40,111 bases of DNA from a virus (IMGVR_UViG_3300031912_000032:1-40111); one strand, 5' to 3'; shown: positions 27,578-38,023, counted from the first letter of the stretch. Numbers and translations: made by a program. The notes: generated from the sequence alone by a model not told the origin.

Positions 27578-28235
27578 TATCTTCCTCCCACATTTCGATA
27601 TCTAGCTCTAGTAGATACCATAGCTGTTCTAGGTCATCTACCCTGGTTCCCCTAATCCGGACGTCATAACCGGCAAGGTCCTGATTGTACGGCTGGTCCC
27701 GGATATAGATGTTCCGTATCCCTAGCCTGTCCGCATCGGCCGTCTGTTCCGGGAGGTCATCGACTACTGCGATAATCCGGAGGAGCCCTACCTGCTCCAC
27801 TAGGTCGGTATACTTGCTCCCTTCATCTAGTCCCTCAAAGATGACTGCGTCGTATTCGATCTCATTACGACGGAGCCATTCACGGGTGTCCGGATCGATG
27901 TTGTCTAGCCGGAGATAGGGTCTGGTGGTACAGATCCATAGATCCACTCCGGCCGCGCGGATCTTCTGGGTTAGCTCGCTCGCGAAGGGATAGGCTGGCA
28001 TAAAGCGCTTCAGGCCTCCCTGGCGGTACGCGAGTTTACATTCCCGGTACTCGTGATGCGGTACACCCATAAATTCTGATAGCCTGATGCCAGGGTTGAT
28101 ATCTGCCGGATGCGGCATCGGACGGCCTAGCCACGCTTCTGCGAACCGGAGGAAATGAGAATGGTAATCGCCTAGCGTCCCGTCGATATCGAGCCCGATG
28201 ACCGGACGGTTAGCCCGTGACTTAAACTCGTTCAC
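27570..28235 (-). CDS. HAD-family 5'(3')-deoxyribonucleotidase-like phosphatase
   Basis: GLDIDGTL, ICTTRP, K, VVDD, QPYN. Confidence 0.85.
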   Translation of the reverse strand: MNEFKSRANRPVIGLDIDGTLGDYHSHFLRFAEAWLGRPMPHPADINPGIRLSEFMGVPHHEYRECKLAYRQGGLKRFMPAYPFASELTQKIRAAGVDLWICTTRPYLRLDNIDPDTREWLRRNEIEYDAVIFEGLDEGSKYTDLVEQVGLLRIIAVVDDLPEQTADADRLGIRNIYIRDQPYNQDLAGYDVRIRGTRVDDLEQLWYLLELDIEMWEEDNG

Positions 28236-28992
28236 GGATAGCCTCCATTACGGCTGGGTAGACTTCATGGACTAGGACGCTCTTGGTCCAGGCACCGTAC
28301 CGTCCGGCACGGAATATCTCGGGATGGCAGTCGCAGTCGGTAGAGAGTGGCTTGACGACCGGAACGGCATTACACCACCGGGGTGGAGGTAGCTTCCATT
28401 CCGTCGTCAGGTAGCCGAAGACATTGGATATCCGGTACCATGGCTTCTGGGGGGTGCCGTCACAGAGAATGGAATTCTTCTCTGTGAGCCCCTGACTTGT
28501 ACTCCCGTTAGCCCAGATCGACATGCCCCGGAATTCATGCTCCTTGTAGCAAAGATACTGAGCCGGGATGGTCGAGACGATAAGAGCGGGCTCCGCGAGC
28601 GGGAGGGAATTCATGACGCCGTGAGATACGGAACGTTCCCATAGCTCGACCTTACCGCTCTCGATAAGGTCACCCCACATCCGCTGATATGTCTTGCGGA
28701 TATCCCAGGCGTCATGTTCTCCTACAAAGTCCTCTGGAGATACCTTCCCCTGCCAGGCATCCCCATATACCTTCCGGCGATATCCCTCCGGGCTTCCGTT
28801 AAGCGAGTAGGAGACGCGGACGTGTGGAACGTCCTCATATCCGGGAATGGGCGCGTGAAGGTACTGGCACCCGTAGAGCCTGGATGGCTCCGCATTAGCG
28901 CTTATGATAACGGCCTCATGGCCGGAGCCAGCGACTGCCGAAGCAGCCGCCAGCCCAGCCGGGCCGCATCCCAGAATGGCGATACGGCTCAT
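28222..28992 (-). CDS. FAD-dependent oxidoreductase (Glf/HemY-like superfamily)
   Basis: IAILGCGPAGLAAA, GCQYLH, IVSTIP, GRYGAW; start taken at MSRIAILG. Confidence 0.75.
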   Translation of the reverse strand: MSRIAILGCGPAGLAAASAVAGSGHEAVIISANAEPSRLYGCQYLHAPIPGYEDVPHVRVSYSLNGSPEGYRRKVYGDAWQGKVSPEDFVGEHDAWDIRKTYQRMWGDLIESGKVELWERSVSHGVMNSLPLAEPALIVSTIPAQYLCYKEHEFRGMSIWANGSTSQGLTEKNSILCDGTPQKPWYRISNVFGYLTTEWKLPPPRWCNAVPVVKPLSTDCDCHPEIFRAGRYGAWTKSVLVHEVYPAVMEAIRERV

Positions 28993-28996
28993 GGTT

Positions 28997-29080
28997 CTAC
29001 TTGTCCCTGGTAACGTGAGCTTCCTCACAGGCGCTGACGGTACCGGCAAGGACAGCGACGATGGCCCTGAGGTACCTCAT
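28997..29080 (-). CDS. Possible 27-aa micropeptide
   Basis: ATGA overlap with the upstream stop; MRYLRAIVAVLAGTVSACEEAHVTRDK; stops 4 nt before the oxidoreductase ATG. Confidence 0.35.
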   Translation of the reverse strand: MRYLRAIVAVLAGTVSACEEAHVTRDK

Positions 29081-29187
29081 GGCTCAATCACCGGGAAAGC
29101 CTGGAACACCTTCTGGTAGATGTTCACGGGCCTCTCCGGAATATCACCGGGAGCCGTGCCGCCTGAAGCGCCATTCGGATTGAACAT
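29077..29187 (-). CDS. Small hypothetical protein (36 aa, possibly longer)
   Basis: GGAGG then ATG; MFNPNGASGG...FPVIEP; upstream frame is open. Confidence 0.4.
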   Translation of the reverse strand: MFNPNGASGGTAPGDIPERPVNIYQKVFQAFPVIEP

Positions 29188-29275
29188 TGTTTCCTCCATC
29201 CATTTCCTGACTTCGCGCTTTAGCTCGCGGATACGAGCTAGGACTATCTGCTCTTTCTCCTCCCTGCTAGTGCCC

Positions 29276-30248
<973 letters not shown>

Positions 30249-30256
<8 letters not shown>

Positions 30257-30449
30257 CTGCCTTTGCCTTTCTTTCGTGCGTATGGTCTAGTCGGGATTGA
30301 TGGAGACGATGGTCTGCCTCGTGTTCTCCTTTCGTGATGAACCGCAGAAACGAATGCCGCTTCGCGATATGCTTACCTAGCCACTCGCCTGACTGTCCGT
30401 CTGGACTGACTAGTACGTCGTGACTTTTCCTTGACCCTTTCGATGTCAT
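30249..30449 (-). CDS. Small His-rich protein
   Basis: KHIAKRH...EHEADHRLH...DHTHE; fills the gap between the ATPase and SSB. Confidence 0.55.
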
Positions 30450-31296
30450 CGATCATTCTCGCCATTGCCGTGTAGTCTCCGGATTCGACATCGCGCGAGA
30501 AGCCAAGAGCATCGTAACGGTCCTTGGCCCACCACGGAGGATAAGGCTGGAATAGGGCACGCCGGATAATAGCATCCCCCGTGGCCTCCTCCTCTCGCGA
30601 TTCGCGCGATACGGAGTAGTATATTCCAACTCCGGCCTGACCGGAACAGTAGTCTGATATCTCGCCTTTCTTACCGAGGAGTAGCGGGATGACGCGGCTC
30701 TCGCCTTCCGCGTCCTCTACCGTCATTGACTGAGTAATGAAGATAGAATTGAAGCGGGCATTGATGATAGTATCATACCACCGCTTGAATCCGTTCTGGT
30801 ACTTCTGGTGTTCCCGGACATCAGGGATGTCGAGATCACGATGAGGGTTCTTAGCATTGACCTTCGCGAGGATCCAGCGCATGTAAAGCTCTTGCATTTT
30901 CGTGCCAGAGTCACATACTAGCCAGTCACGGTCGCCTAGCTCATTAACGGCCTTCCGGACTCCGGCGACGGCGTGCTCCCAGGTAGGAGCCGGCCATAGA
31001 CGGGCCTGGGAGCCGGTGACCTTGGCCGAGACGGCACCCTCTAGCTCTGTAGAGAGGAACACGATATTGTCTACGTAGCTACTCGCGTACGCTCCTCCGG
31101 CGAGCACGGTCTTGCCGTGTCCGGATGGTCCGTGAATAAGGATATTGGTAGCCGGATTAAAGGAAGCTAGCTGGACTTCCTCTATTTCTACGGTTGCCTC
31201 AATCATAGAGGCCGGAGAATCGCCATCCTCTACCGTCCGTCGCCTCACGGCCCGTGCCGGACGTAGGGCTCCTGGGCCTGCTTTCCTAGGCGGCAT
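30373..31296 (-). CDS. AAA-family ATPase (AAA_24/Sak4-like recombinase)
   Basis: Walker A HGPSGHGKT, Walker B LVCDS, WAKDRY. Confidence 0.75.
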   Translation of the reverse strand: MPPRKAGPGALRPARAVRRRTVEDGDSPASMIEATVEIEEVQLASFNPATNILIHGPSGHGKTVLAGGAYASSYVDNIVFLSTELEGAVSAKVTGSQARLWPAPTWEHAVAGVRKAVNELGDRDWLVCDSGTKMQELYMRWILAKVNAKNPHRDLDIPDVREHQKYQNGFKRWYDTIINARFNSIFITQSMTVEDAEGESRVIPLLLGKKGEISDYCSGQAGVGIYYSVSRESREEEATGDAIIRRALFQPYPPWWAKDRYDALGFSRDVESGDYTAMARMIDDIERVKEKSRRTSQSRRTVRRVAR

Positions 31297-32290
31297 TATG
31301 TCCTCCCGCTGATTTCCGGTAATTCTTGTATGGGTCAGCCTGAATGAAGTTATGCTTTAGGACGGACTTGTAGGATTTACTTCCATGCTCATGGAGAGTA
31401 CACGGTCCCCAGAACGGGCACATTCGCGGGCAATCTCTTGTTGGAGTCTTGGTTAGAGGAATGGTACCGTCGCGAACGGCATTCATGACGGCAACCTCAT
31501 CGGCTATCCGCTTGAGCTGGGTTACCTGCTCCGGAGGAGTACGCTCGATAGGATTGGGACGAACGAACATATCAGGAGACTGGCGCTTAGATACGGAGCC
31601 GTCCTTGTTGAGGTAATGGCCTTCCTCATCCTGCTCTCTCTGGTCTGGCTTCGCCTTCCGGAGAAAGTTGTACTGGATGCCGGCTATCTCCTCGCCTTCC
31701 CTCAGGGTACCGTTAGCACGGAGAAGATGACTCGCCACGGCCCAGTAGGAACCTCCCTGATCGTCTAGTTCTAGGTAGGCCGTATCAACCTGGGAAGCCG
31801 TCTTGTGCTCTAGGAGGTATATCTTGCCATCCAGGAGATTGCGGAACACGCCATCCCAGTGGGACTCAAAGACCACTATTGGCTGGTCCTTTCGCCTAAT
31901 CGTTATGGCAAAAGGCTGCTCTATTGCAATGATAGACCATTGCGGGTCAGTCCCGTAATGGTCTACGTATCCCTCAAGCATTGCGATGCCTAGCTCACGA
32001 GCATCCTCCCAGATGGGCTCGTCATAGTCCTCGCCTAGGTAGGTCCGGAGCGAGAGCGTCTCATCGCCATACCAGTCCTCAAAGGTGTCGGCCGGATGCG
32101 GGCCTCTCCGCGTACCCTTGAGGTACCATTTCGCCAGAGCCTCGTGAATGCCGATACCGAACCAGAGGCTGTCGGGCCGTACGCCCCTCGGCCGGTAGCC
32201 CATACGGTACTCTTGCCACCACCTCCACGCACAGCGCTTAAAGACTGCGCGCTCACTCGTCCGGAGGACGGGAAGATCAACGGTCGTCAT
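31286..32290 (-). CDS. PD-(D/E)XK Cas4/RecB-like exonuclease
   Basis: FKRCAWRW, GIGIHEAL, IEQ, WDG, LLEHKT, C-terminal CPRMCPFWGPC. Confidence 0.85.
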   Translation of the reverse strand: MTTVDLPVLRTSERAVFKRCAWRWWQEYRMGYRPRGVRPDSLWFGIGIHEALAKWYLKGTRRGPHPADTFEDWYGDETLSLRTYLGEDYDEPIWEDARELGIAMLEGYVDHYGTDPQWSIIAIEQPFAITIRRKDQPIVVFESHWDGVFRNLLDGKIYLLEHKTASQVDTAYLELDDQGGSYWAVASHLLRANGTLREGEEIAGIQYNFLRKAKPDQREQDEEGHYLNKDGSVSKRQSPDMFVRPNPIERTPPEQVTQLKRIADEVAVMNAVRDGTIPLTKTPTRDCPRMCPFWGPCTLHEHGSKSYKSVLKHNFIQADPYKNYRKSAGGHNAA

Positions 32291-32454
32291 TCCCCTGCCT
32301 CTCTATGGTCCTTGTCGTGCTCTACGATGCGGTAGAGCGGCACTATCATTGAGCACGTCTCGCAGATAATGCAGCTAAGCTCTCCGGACGGAGCATGTTT
32401 TAGCGCTACCTCTTCCGGCATGATTACCGATACCTTAAGGATTACGTTAGCCAT
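32287..32454 (-). CDS. 55-aa C2H2-like zinc-finger microprotein
   Basis: Not in the ORF track; MANVILKV...ICETCSMIVPLYRIVEHDKDHREAGE; ATGA overlap with the nuclease. Confidence 0.6.
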   Translation of the reverse strand: MANVILKVSVIMPEEVALKHAPSGELSCIICETCSMIVPLYRIVEHDKDHREAGE

Positions 32455-32534
32455 TTCTCTTCCTTCCGCACCGTCTAAGGCCGTTGCCGACTTGTAATCC
32501 GCGTACGGGCTCGCCTTTCTCTGGGCCTGTGGGA

Positions 32535-32598
32535 GCAGGCCCGGCCAGGTTCCGTTCCGGGGGAGCGTGGGTAGGGACGGATTACTGGCCGGGCCTGC
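32535..32598 (-). terminator. Long hairpin directly after the 32602 stop (terminator or RNA-stabilising element)
   Basis: 14-bp perfect stem gcaggcccggccag/ctggccgggcctgc plus an inner stem; no U-tract. Confidence 0.55.
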
Positions 32599-32601
32599 CG
32601 T

Positions 32602-33405
32602 CTAAAAGGTGGCAGCCGGCGATTCCTCTTCTGAGGATGCGGCACGCTTCCGGCGTGCCGGGCCGGGAGCCTTACCGTTACCGCTACGCGGGCTCCTACG
32701 GGCCGTAGCGGGCTTCGCCGGAGCCGTCCGGGCTCCGCGTCCGCGAGCGGGCTTCTCGGGCTCCTCGGGCTCCTCGGGCTCGCTCGCTGCCTCGCGCTCC
32801 GCGCGTCGTGCTTCACGCCGTTCCACGTTGAAGTCGGACTTCTGGAAGTGGCTGTAGAGCTGGATGCCGAGCATGATCAGGCGATCAGAGGGAATCTCAT
32901 CGAGATTCCCGACGTTCGCCTCCATCCACTCGACATAGTCGAGCATGGTCGGACTCGGGTTCTTGTCGAGGTACTTCTGGAAGTCAACCTCGCCATTCTC
33001 CTCCGGGACTTCCGCCTCCGGCTCTGCAGCCTTGGTCGTAGTCCTACGCTTGGGAGGCATTGCCATCCCTGCCTTTCTTTTGGTGATCCGGGCTTTCCCG
33101 GATGAGAACTTACTAGGCACATCTTGAGTATACTCGGTCTCAGTCCTCTTTACTACCCTTTCACTCGTAGATTTACCGGAATGTACCTCAAAGGTAAAGA
33201 GAGCATTCTGCCCACGGTCGCGCATCTCCTCACGCATGTAAATACGGAGGAGCCCGCGTCCTCGGTCTGGGGTGTCAAACGCTTCCGCGTTAAGGCCGTG
33301 CTCCCAGGCGATGTTCAGGATGCGCCTCGCTCGCGCTTCCGTAAAGCCGAAGCGCTCCTGGAGAACCTTGAGCGCTCCGTTACCGTGGATGCCGTAGGTC
33401 TCCAT
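32602..33405 (-). CDS. Hypothetical protein with basic/acidic tail; main start probably internal (33066 or 33060)
   Basis: RBS AGAAAGG before ATG GCA ATG CCT; the upstream 113 codons are in frame and have their own ATG. Confidence 0.6.
   Translation of the reverse strand: METYGIHGNGALKVLQERFGFTEARARRILNIAWEHGLNAEAFDTPDRGRGLLRIYMREEMRDRGQNALFTFEVHSGKSTSERVVKRTETEYTQDVPSKFSSGKARITKRKAGMAMPPKRRTTTKAAEPEAEVPEENGEVDFQKYLDKNPSPTMLDYVEWMEANVGNLDEIPSDRLIMLGIQLYSHFQKSDFNVERREARRAEREAASEPEEPEEPEKPARGRGARTAPAKPATARRSPRSGNGKAPGPARRKRAASSEEESPAATF
33127..33132 (-). promoter_or_regulatory. Putative -10 box TATACT (in palindrome GAGTATACTC)
   Basis: AT-rich patch ~60 nt upstream of a strong RBS. Confidence 0.4.
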
Positions 33406-33411
33406 TAGTCC

Positions 33412-33594
33412 TCATCTTTCCGTTTCCGGACGAGGAGCTATCTCGTCCGCGTACGCGAGGACAAAAGCATCTTCCTCATCTGTCGTATCGCTGTACCAGC
33501 GCTTCCTGATAATCCGGAGAGCGTCTGCGATTGCCTCATACCAGGAATCGTCCTGGCCTGGAGTCCATCCGGTCGCCTTAAACTCGATAGGCAT
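33412..33594 (-). CDS. Hypothetical protein (60 aa)
   Basis: TAATG coupling to the helicase. Confidence 0.55.
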   Translation of the reverse strand: MPIEFKATGWTPGQDDSWYEAIADALRIIRKRWYSDTTDEEDAFVLAYADEIAPRPETER

Positions 33595-35498
33595 TAGTCC
33601 CCATCCTTTCCCAGTACCATTTCCGAGAGCTTACGCGGGCTCGCCTCCAGGACGGCCTCACGCTGCTCCTCGGTCAGGCCGGCCATCCACGAGTCTACCG
33701 TACCCGCGCTCACGAGCCGGTAAACGATAACCTGGTGGATACGGCTAACACGGTGAATCCGGGCATTGAGCTGCTCATCGTCATCCGATATCCAGGGCTC
33801 ATCAATAACGACCATCTCATCGGCAGCGTCTAGGGTAATCGACTCGCCTCCGGCCTTCCGGTTAAGGCAGACTACCTGAAGGCTATCGCCTGGATCCTGG
33901 AAGCGCGCTACGAGGTCTGAACGGTCACGGTCAGAGGTAGCTCCGGTAAGCGTCAGGACTTCAAAGCCTTCCTTACGGAGGACACTTGCGGCAAGCTCTA
34001 CAATCTCCGTAAAGGAGCTAGCAACTACAACCTTAGCTCCGGTACCCTCGCGCTCCTGCATAAACTCTACAAGCCACTCTAGCTTGTTAGACGGTAGAGC
34101 CGGCAGAACCGTACGGCCTTCGCCTATCGTCGCGCTCGCATTGGCTATCTGCCGGAGCCGCGTTATTTCCGCGAGGACTCCGCTTGCCGTCATGCGCTTG
34201 CCGTCCGCGTTGATCTCCGCGTCGGACTCCATCTGCTTATAGAGCCGGGCCTGCTCATCGGTAAGGTCAAGCTGGACGTAGCACGGGCTCTCTGGGTTCT
34301 TAGGGTCGATAGGCGTACCCGCATAATAGATCGGTGGCAGATCCTTAACGACGTCAGCCTTGGTACGCTTGAGGTAGTACGGCCGGAGCATAGCGTCCCA
34401 CGCGTCCTGGTCCTTTGGCTTCGGAACCTTCGCACCTTGTGCGATAACCTTGCCATACTTGCCGTCCTCGACTCCGAAGTGCTTCTCGGCCCAGTTCCAG
34501 AAGGATGGAAACATATCGGGCCGGACCCAGTTAAGCGTGCCCCAGGCCTTGGTAAGGTTAGACCGGAAGGGAGTCCCGCTTAGCGCGATAGCAAGCCCAT
34601 CTTCCCGGAGGTTACGCCGGAGCATGACGGCTCCGTACCGCTGTTGGGTAATGTTCTTGGACTGGTAATTGAACCGGGAAGCAAGGAGGTTATGCGATTC
34701 GTCAAGAACGATCGCATCCCACATCGGCTTGAAAAGGAAAGGCCATAGGGCTTCCTTCTCATACTTGTGAGACGGATGACCGTCCGGACGGCTCACGTAG
34801 CCGTAGAGGCAGGCTCCTGCCGTCTCTGGGCAGATCTCAATGCGCTTGGCACGGACCATCTCGATGTTGATAATAAGCATACGTGGAGCGTCCGGGTAGT
34901 CCTCACCGTACCACTCGAATTCCTGGAAGATCGCCTCACGCTCTTTCCGCGAGCCCTGGCAGACGAATGTCTCAATGCCGGGAGCCCAGCGTAGCGTCTC
35001 GCGCTCCCATACCGTCCGGGTAGCCGTACGCCGGCAGCCGACAAGAATGGTAGTGGACTTTGCCTCGATAAGAGCCGCGAGCGTCTCAAGCGTCTTGCCG
35101 AGTCCAGGGTCATCGCCTAGGATTACCCGGCCTCCGGTCAGGAGGAATCCGGCACCATTGATCTGGAAAGGACGGTTAAGCATCGCGTCGTGAAGAGCCG
35201 GGCTCTCCTCAGCTACGCGGAAGAGGTCAACACTCGCCTGGTCGCCTTCGCGAAGTTGCTCAATCATTCGCTCCTTCTCAACCTCGGCACGCGCCCATAT
35301 CGCAAGCGGAGGGAGAATCTCAAGATCGGAGCCGATAACCTGTCGGAAGGCCCGGCAGGTGTCCATGGTAAGCGGGTAGGTCCACTCCCCGTAGCGCTTA
35401 CGGGCTCCGGGGACCTTAACGGCCCAGGCTCCGGGAGAGCCTGCGAACGGGAAACGGGCCATAATCCGCTTCCCATCCGTCGTAACGATCGCCTTCAT
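33594..35498 (-). CDS. SNF2-family DNA helicase
   Basis: DDPGLGKT, VLDESH, LSGTP, KRTKADV, GGESITL, RIHR. Confidence 0.9.
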   Translation of the reverse strand: MKAIVTTDGKRIMARFPFAGSPGAWAVKVPGARKRYGEWTYPLTMDTCRAFRQVIGSDLEILPPLAIWARAEVEKERMIEQLREGDQASVDLFRVAEESPALHDAMLNRPFQINGAGFLLTGGRVILGDDPGLGKTLETLAALIEAKSTTILVGCRRTATRTVWERETLRWAPGIETFVCQGSRKEREAIFQEFEWYGEDYPDAPRMLIINIEMVRAKRIEICPETAGACLYGYVSRPDGHPSHKYEKEALWPFLFKPMWDAIVLDESHNLLASRFNYQSKNITQQRYGAVMLRRNLREDGLAIALSGTPFRSNLTKAWGTLNWVRPDMFPSFWNWAEKHFGVEDGKYGKVIAQGAKVPKPKDQDAWDAMLRPYYLKRTKADVVKDLPPIYYAGTPIDPKNPESPCYVQLDLTDEQARLYKQMESDAEINADGKRMTASGVLAEITRLRQIANASATIGEGRTVLPALPSNKLEWLVEFMQEREGTGAKVVVASSFTEIVELAASVLRKEGFEVLTLTGATSDRDRSDLVARFQDPGDSLQVVCLNRKAGGESITLDAADEMVVIDEPWISDDDEQLNARIHRVSRIHQVIVYRLVSAGTVDSWMAGLTEEQREAVLEASPRKLSEMVLGKDGD

Positions 35499-35507
35499 CG
35501 TGGCCTC

Positions 35508-35777
35508 CTACTCGTCCGCGACAACGAGGACGTTCTCACCCTCGTGCTCAGTCCAGTCCAGGACCGTGTAGCCCCAGCCGGGACCTTCCGCGATCTTCTC
35601 GGCTTCCTCCCAGGAGTCAGCCTCTACGGTAGAGCCGTAGCCACCGTCCACCGTCATCGTCCGGTACTTCGCCATCTCTCTCGCCTTTCGCTCGCCTAGG
35701 TCAAGTCTACCGTACGTACGGAGCTTTGGGAAGAGGTCTGCAGGGATCTCTACGGGCCGTAGCGGCTCCGGAGTCAA
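35508..35777 (-). CDS. Hypothetical protein
   Basis: Fills the gap; TTGA overlap. Confidence 0.5.
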   Translation of the reverse strand: MTPEPLRPVEIPADLFPKLRTYGRLDLGERKAREMAKYRTMTVDGGYGSTVEADSWEEAEKIAEGPGWGYTVLDWTEHEGENVLVVADE

Positions 35778-35848
35778 TAATCACCTCTGAATATGATCAG
35801 GATTATCGCTAGAAAGATGATCGCCGTGGCGATGGTGATCATTGTCAC
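35774..35848 (-). CDS. 24-aa membrane micropeptide
   Basis: MTMITIATAIIFLAIILIIFRGDY abuts both neighbours exactly. Confidence 0.45.
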   Translation of the reverse strand: MTMITIATAIIFLAIILIIFRGDY

Positions 35849-36250
35849 TTATACCGGACTCCAGCCGTGAGCTTGGAAGGCCCTGAGCAGACCAACGGCC
35901 GCAGCCGAGACGGCCGGGCCGGAGCCGACGCGGGAGATGCGGGCAACGTTCGCGAGGTCTGGGCTAACTACGGTCGCGACCGGGGTACCTCCGGAGAGGA
36001 TGAGAGTCGATACCCACGGGACGTCAGAGTCTGGCGTATAGTCCCGGAGGAGGTTGGCCATAGCATCTCCACGGCACTCCGGCCCGGTGTTGGTAACGAG
36101 GACTATCTGGCCGTCCGGATCGATGGACTGGTAATAGCTACAGTCGAGCACAGGCGAGATAGTAAGGACGGACGGCTTCACCGTCGTAGTCGTTGTGGAG
36201 CTGCAGCCCACAAGGAATATGGCGATCGCAGCGACGATGTAAGCTCTCAT
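35849..36250 (-). CDS. Lipoprotein
   Basis: Signal peptide with lipobox LVGC followed by a Ser/Thr linker. Confidence 0.7.
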   Translation of the reverse strand: MRAYIVAAIAIFLVGCSSTTTTTVKPSVLTISPVLDCSYYQSIDPDGQIVLVTNTGPECRGDAMANLLRDYTPDSDVPWVSTLILSGGTPVATVVSPDLANVARISRVGSGPAVSAAAVGLLRAFQAHGWSPV

Positions 36251-37050
36251 AGCTTGCCGCCATGGATGGCGCTCTGTTCGCGCCAGTCCGGAATGTAGAA
36301 GTCAAGCATCTTCTGCCAGGCCGTCCGTACCGGCTTATCCGGGGCATTCGTATAGTCCGGCCACCGATGGTGGATGATCGCCATACATTCCCGTTCTGCG
36401 GCTGCTCTTTCTTCCGGACTGTAGACTGTGCTCAGGCCTCCGGCCGCATAGCGCTTGCCTATCGACTCGACCCAGACGTCGGTATGGACTCGCCACGGGA
36501 TACCGTGGGCGATACCTTCGCGAGCCAGCTCCGCGTCATCGCCATGAGCGTGAAGTAGCGGGTCAAAGTTGCCGAGACGGAAAGCTTGCTTCACATTAAT
36601 GGCGAAGCACTGGAAGCCCCAGCCTCCGGGGCATAGGATGGGGCCAGAGAGACGCGAGACGGCTCCCCCGGTAAAACGATCGTGGATAGACCGGACGGCT
36701 CCGACGCCCAATACTCCAGGCCTTGCTGCCTCATAGATTAGCTCGCCAAAGTCAGAGCCGTGAGCCGGGCGCATATCATCATCCGAGATAATGATGGCCC
36801 GCTCTTCTTGCTTCATAGCGTACCGGATAATGTAGTTGCGGGTAGCTCCATATCCGATAGGCGTACTCTTTGGGAGGATACGTATGCCTACGTCCCTACG
36901 ATACCAGCCTTCCTGTTTCCGCAGAGCCGAGCATAGCTTGTACTCCTCCGGCCGGATGATAAGCTTGATAGGCATTCCTTGCTCAAGCCAGCGTGGGACG
37001 ATAGCCCGTATGTTGCCGGGACGGCCGATAGTCGGGATGTAGACAGTCAT
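36247..37050 (-). CDS. GT-A fold glycosyltransferase (resembles phage DNA-base/TET-associated GTs)
   Basis: VYIPTIGR, GYGATRNYI, IIISDDD, GDDAEL, GGLST. Confidence 0.75.
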   Translation of the reverse strand: MTVYIPTIGRPGNIRAIVPRWLEQGMPIKLIIRPEEYKLCSALRKQEGWYRRDVGIRILPKSTPIGYGATRNYIIRYAMKQEERAIIISDDDMRPAHGSDFGELIYEAARPGVLGVGAVRSIHDRFTGGAVSRLSGPILCPGGWGFQCFAINVKQAFRLGNFDPLLHAHGDDAELAREGIAHGIPWRVHTDVWVESIGKRYAAGGLSTVYSPEERAAAERECMAIIHHRWPDYTNAPDKPVRTAWQKMLDFYIPDWREQSAIHGGKL

Positions 37051-37328
37051 AGCATTTCCGATACCTTGACGGTAAAGTACCGGATTGACTTGTAACGGTT
37101 CCGGCCTTCGCCTTTGTAAGAGACCACGCGAATGGTCGTCTCCGTCTCGGAAATAGCGTGAGCCTCCATCGACTCTACCTCCTCCGGCTGGGGCATTAGC
37201 GGAGGACGGGCCTTGGGGTCGCTAATGAGGTGGTACTGGACGGCCTGAGCGATCATGAGCTTGATAGGGTCGAGAGTCCTACGCTTCCGGGTGAAGTCTG
37301 GATCGAACCGACTGCGGTGACTAGCCAT
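37047..37328 (-). CDS. Hypothetical protein
   Basis: RBS AGAAAGG; ATGA overlap with the GT. Confidence 0.6.
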   Translation of the reverse strand: MASHRSRFDPDFTRKRRTLDPIKLMIAQAVQYHLISDPKARPPLMPQPEEVESMEAHAISETETTIRVVSYKGEGRNRYKSIRYFTVKVSEML

Positions 37329-37356
37329 TGTCTCGCCTTTCTATGGGGTTAGGGAA

Positions 37357-37362
37357 ATTATA
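37357..37362 (-). promoter_or_regulatory. Putative -10 box TATAAT
   Basis: Perfect TATAAT about 29 nt before ATG 37328. Confidence 0.55.
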
Positions 37363-37372
37363 CCGTATGTGG

Positions 37373-37405
37373 AACGGCTCCGGTAGCCTAAGCTCCGGAG
37401 CCGTT
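37373..37405 (-). terminator. Hairpin after the DUF6011 gene
   Basis: 11-bp stem aacggctccgg/ccggagccgtt; overlaps the -35 region of the next promoter. Confidence 0.55.
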
Positions 37406-37412
37406 AAACGGA

Positions 37413-37976
37413 TTACTTAGCCCAGCAGACCGGACCCTGCCGCCGTTCACGGCTAACCTCATCGGTAAGCGGGAGCCCGCACTTCCAGCAGCGGCAGTGC
37501 TCGTCCGCAAAACGGATTCCGCACTTCTCCACGCCTTCCGCGAGAATCGAGCGGAGAGCCTTAATGGCCTCTCCCTGGGAGATCCGGATAGGTCCCTGTC
37601 CACCGAGGTACCGCTTCACGAAACGGTAACCGGGCTTCCGGCCTTCCTTGACGTACCAGAAGTCATAGTCCTGGTCCTTACGCGTGCTCTCCGTCGCATA
37701 GTAACCCTGGGTTACCACGCTGAAGTCCTCGCGCTCCGTCGCCTTCCGCTCCGGGCACTCGCCGGAGAGGTGGCTGACGTTCCAGCCTGTTCCGGAGTCA
37801 CGCCGGTCAATCCGGCCTTCGCCTTCGCCTACCGGGTTACCGCACAGGCAGCAGGTTCCGGCAAACTTGTTCGGCCGGTAGTCCTCGCCCCGCTCGCTCG
37901 CCTCCAGGGCATAGCAGTTCCGGACCAGGAGCGCGCTCTCGTGCCGCTTTCCGCAGTTCCCGCATCGGATACTCAT
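37413..37976 (-). CDS. DUF6011-like zinc-binding protein
   Basis: C-terminal CWKCGLPLTDEVSRERRQGPVC; N-terminal CxxC modules. Confidence 0.7.
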   Translation of the reverse strand: MSIRCGNCGKRHESALLVRNCYALEASERGEDYRPNKFAGTCCLCGNPVGEGEGRIDRRDSGTGWNVSHLSGECPERKATEREDFSVVTQGYYATESTRKDQDYDFWYVKEGRKPGYRFVKRYLGGQGPIRISQGEAIKALRSILAEGVEKCGIRFADEHCRCWKCGLPLTDEVSRERRQGPVCWAK

Positions 37977-38023
37977 CGTCTCGCCTCGCCTCCGGACTCC
38001 ACCGTAGGAGCCCTACGGGCTCT

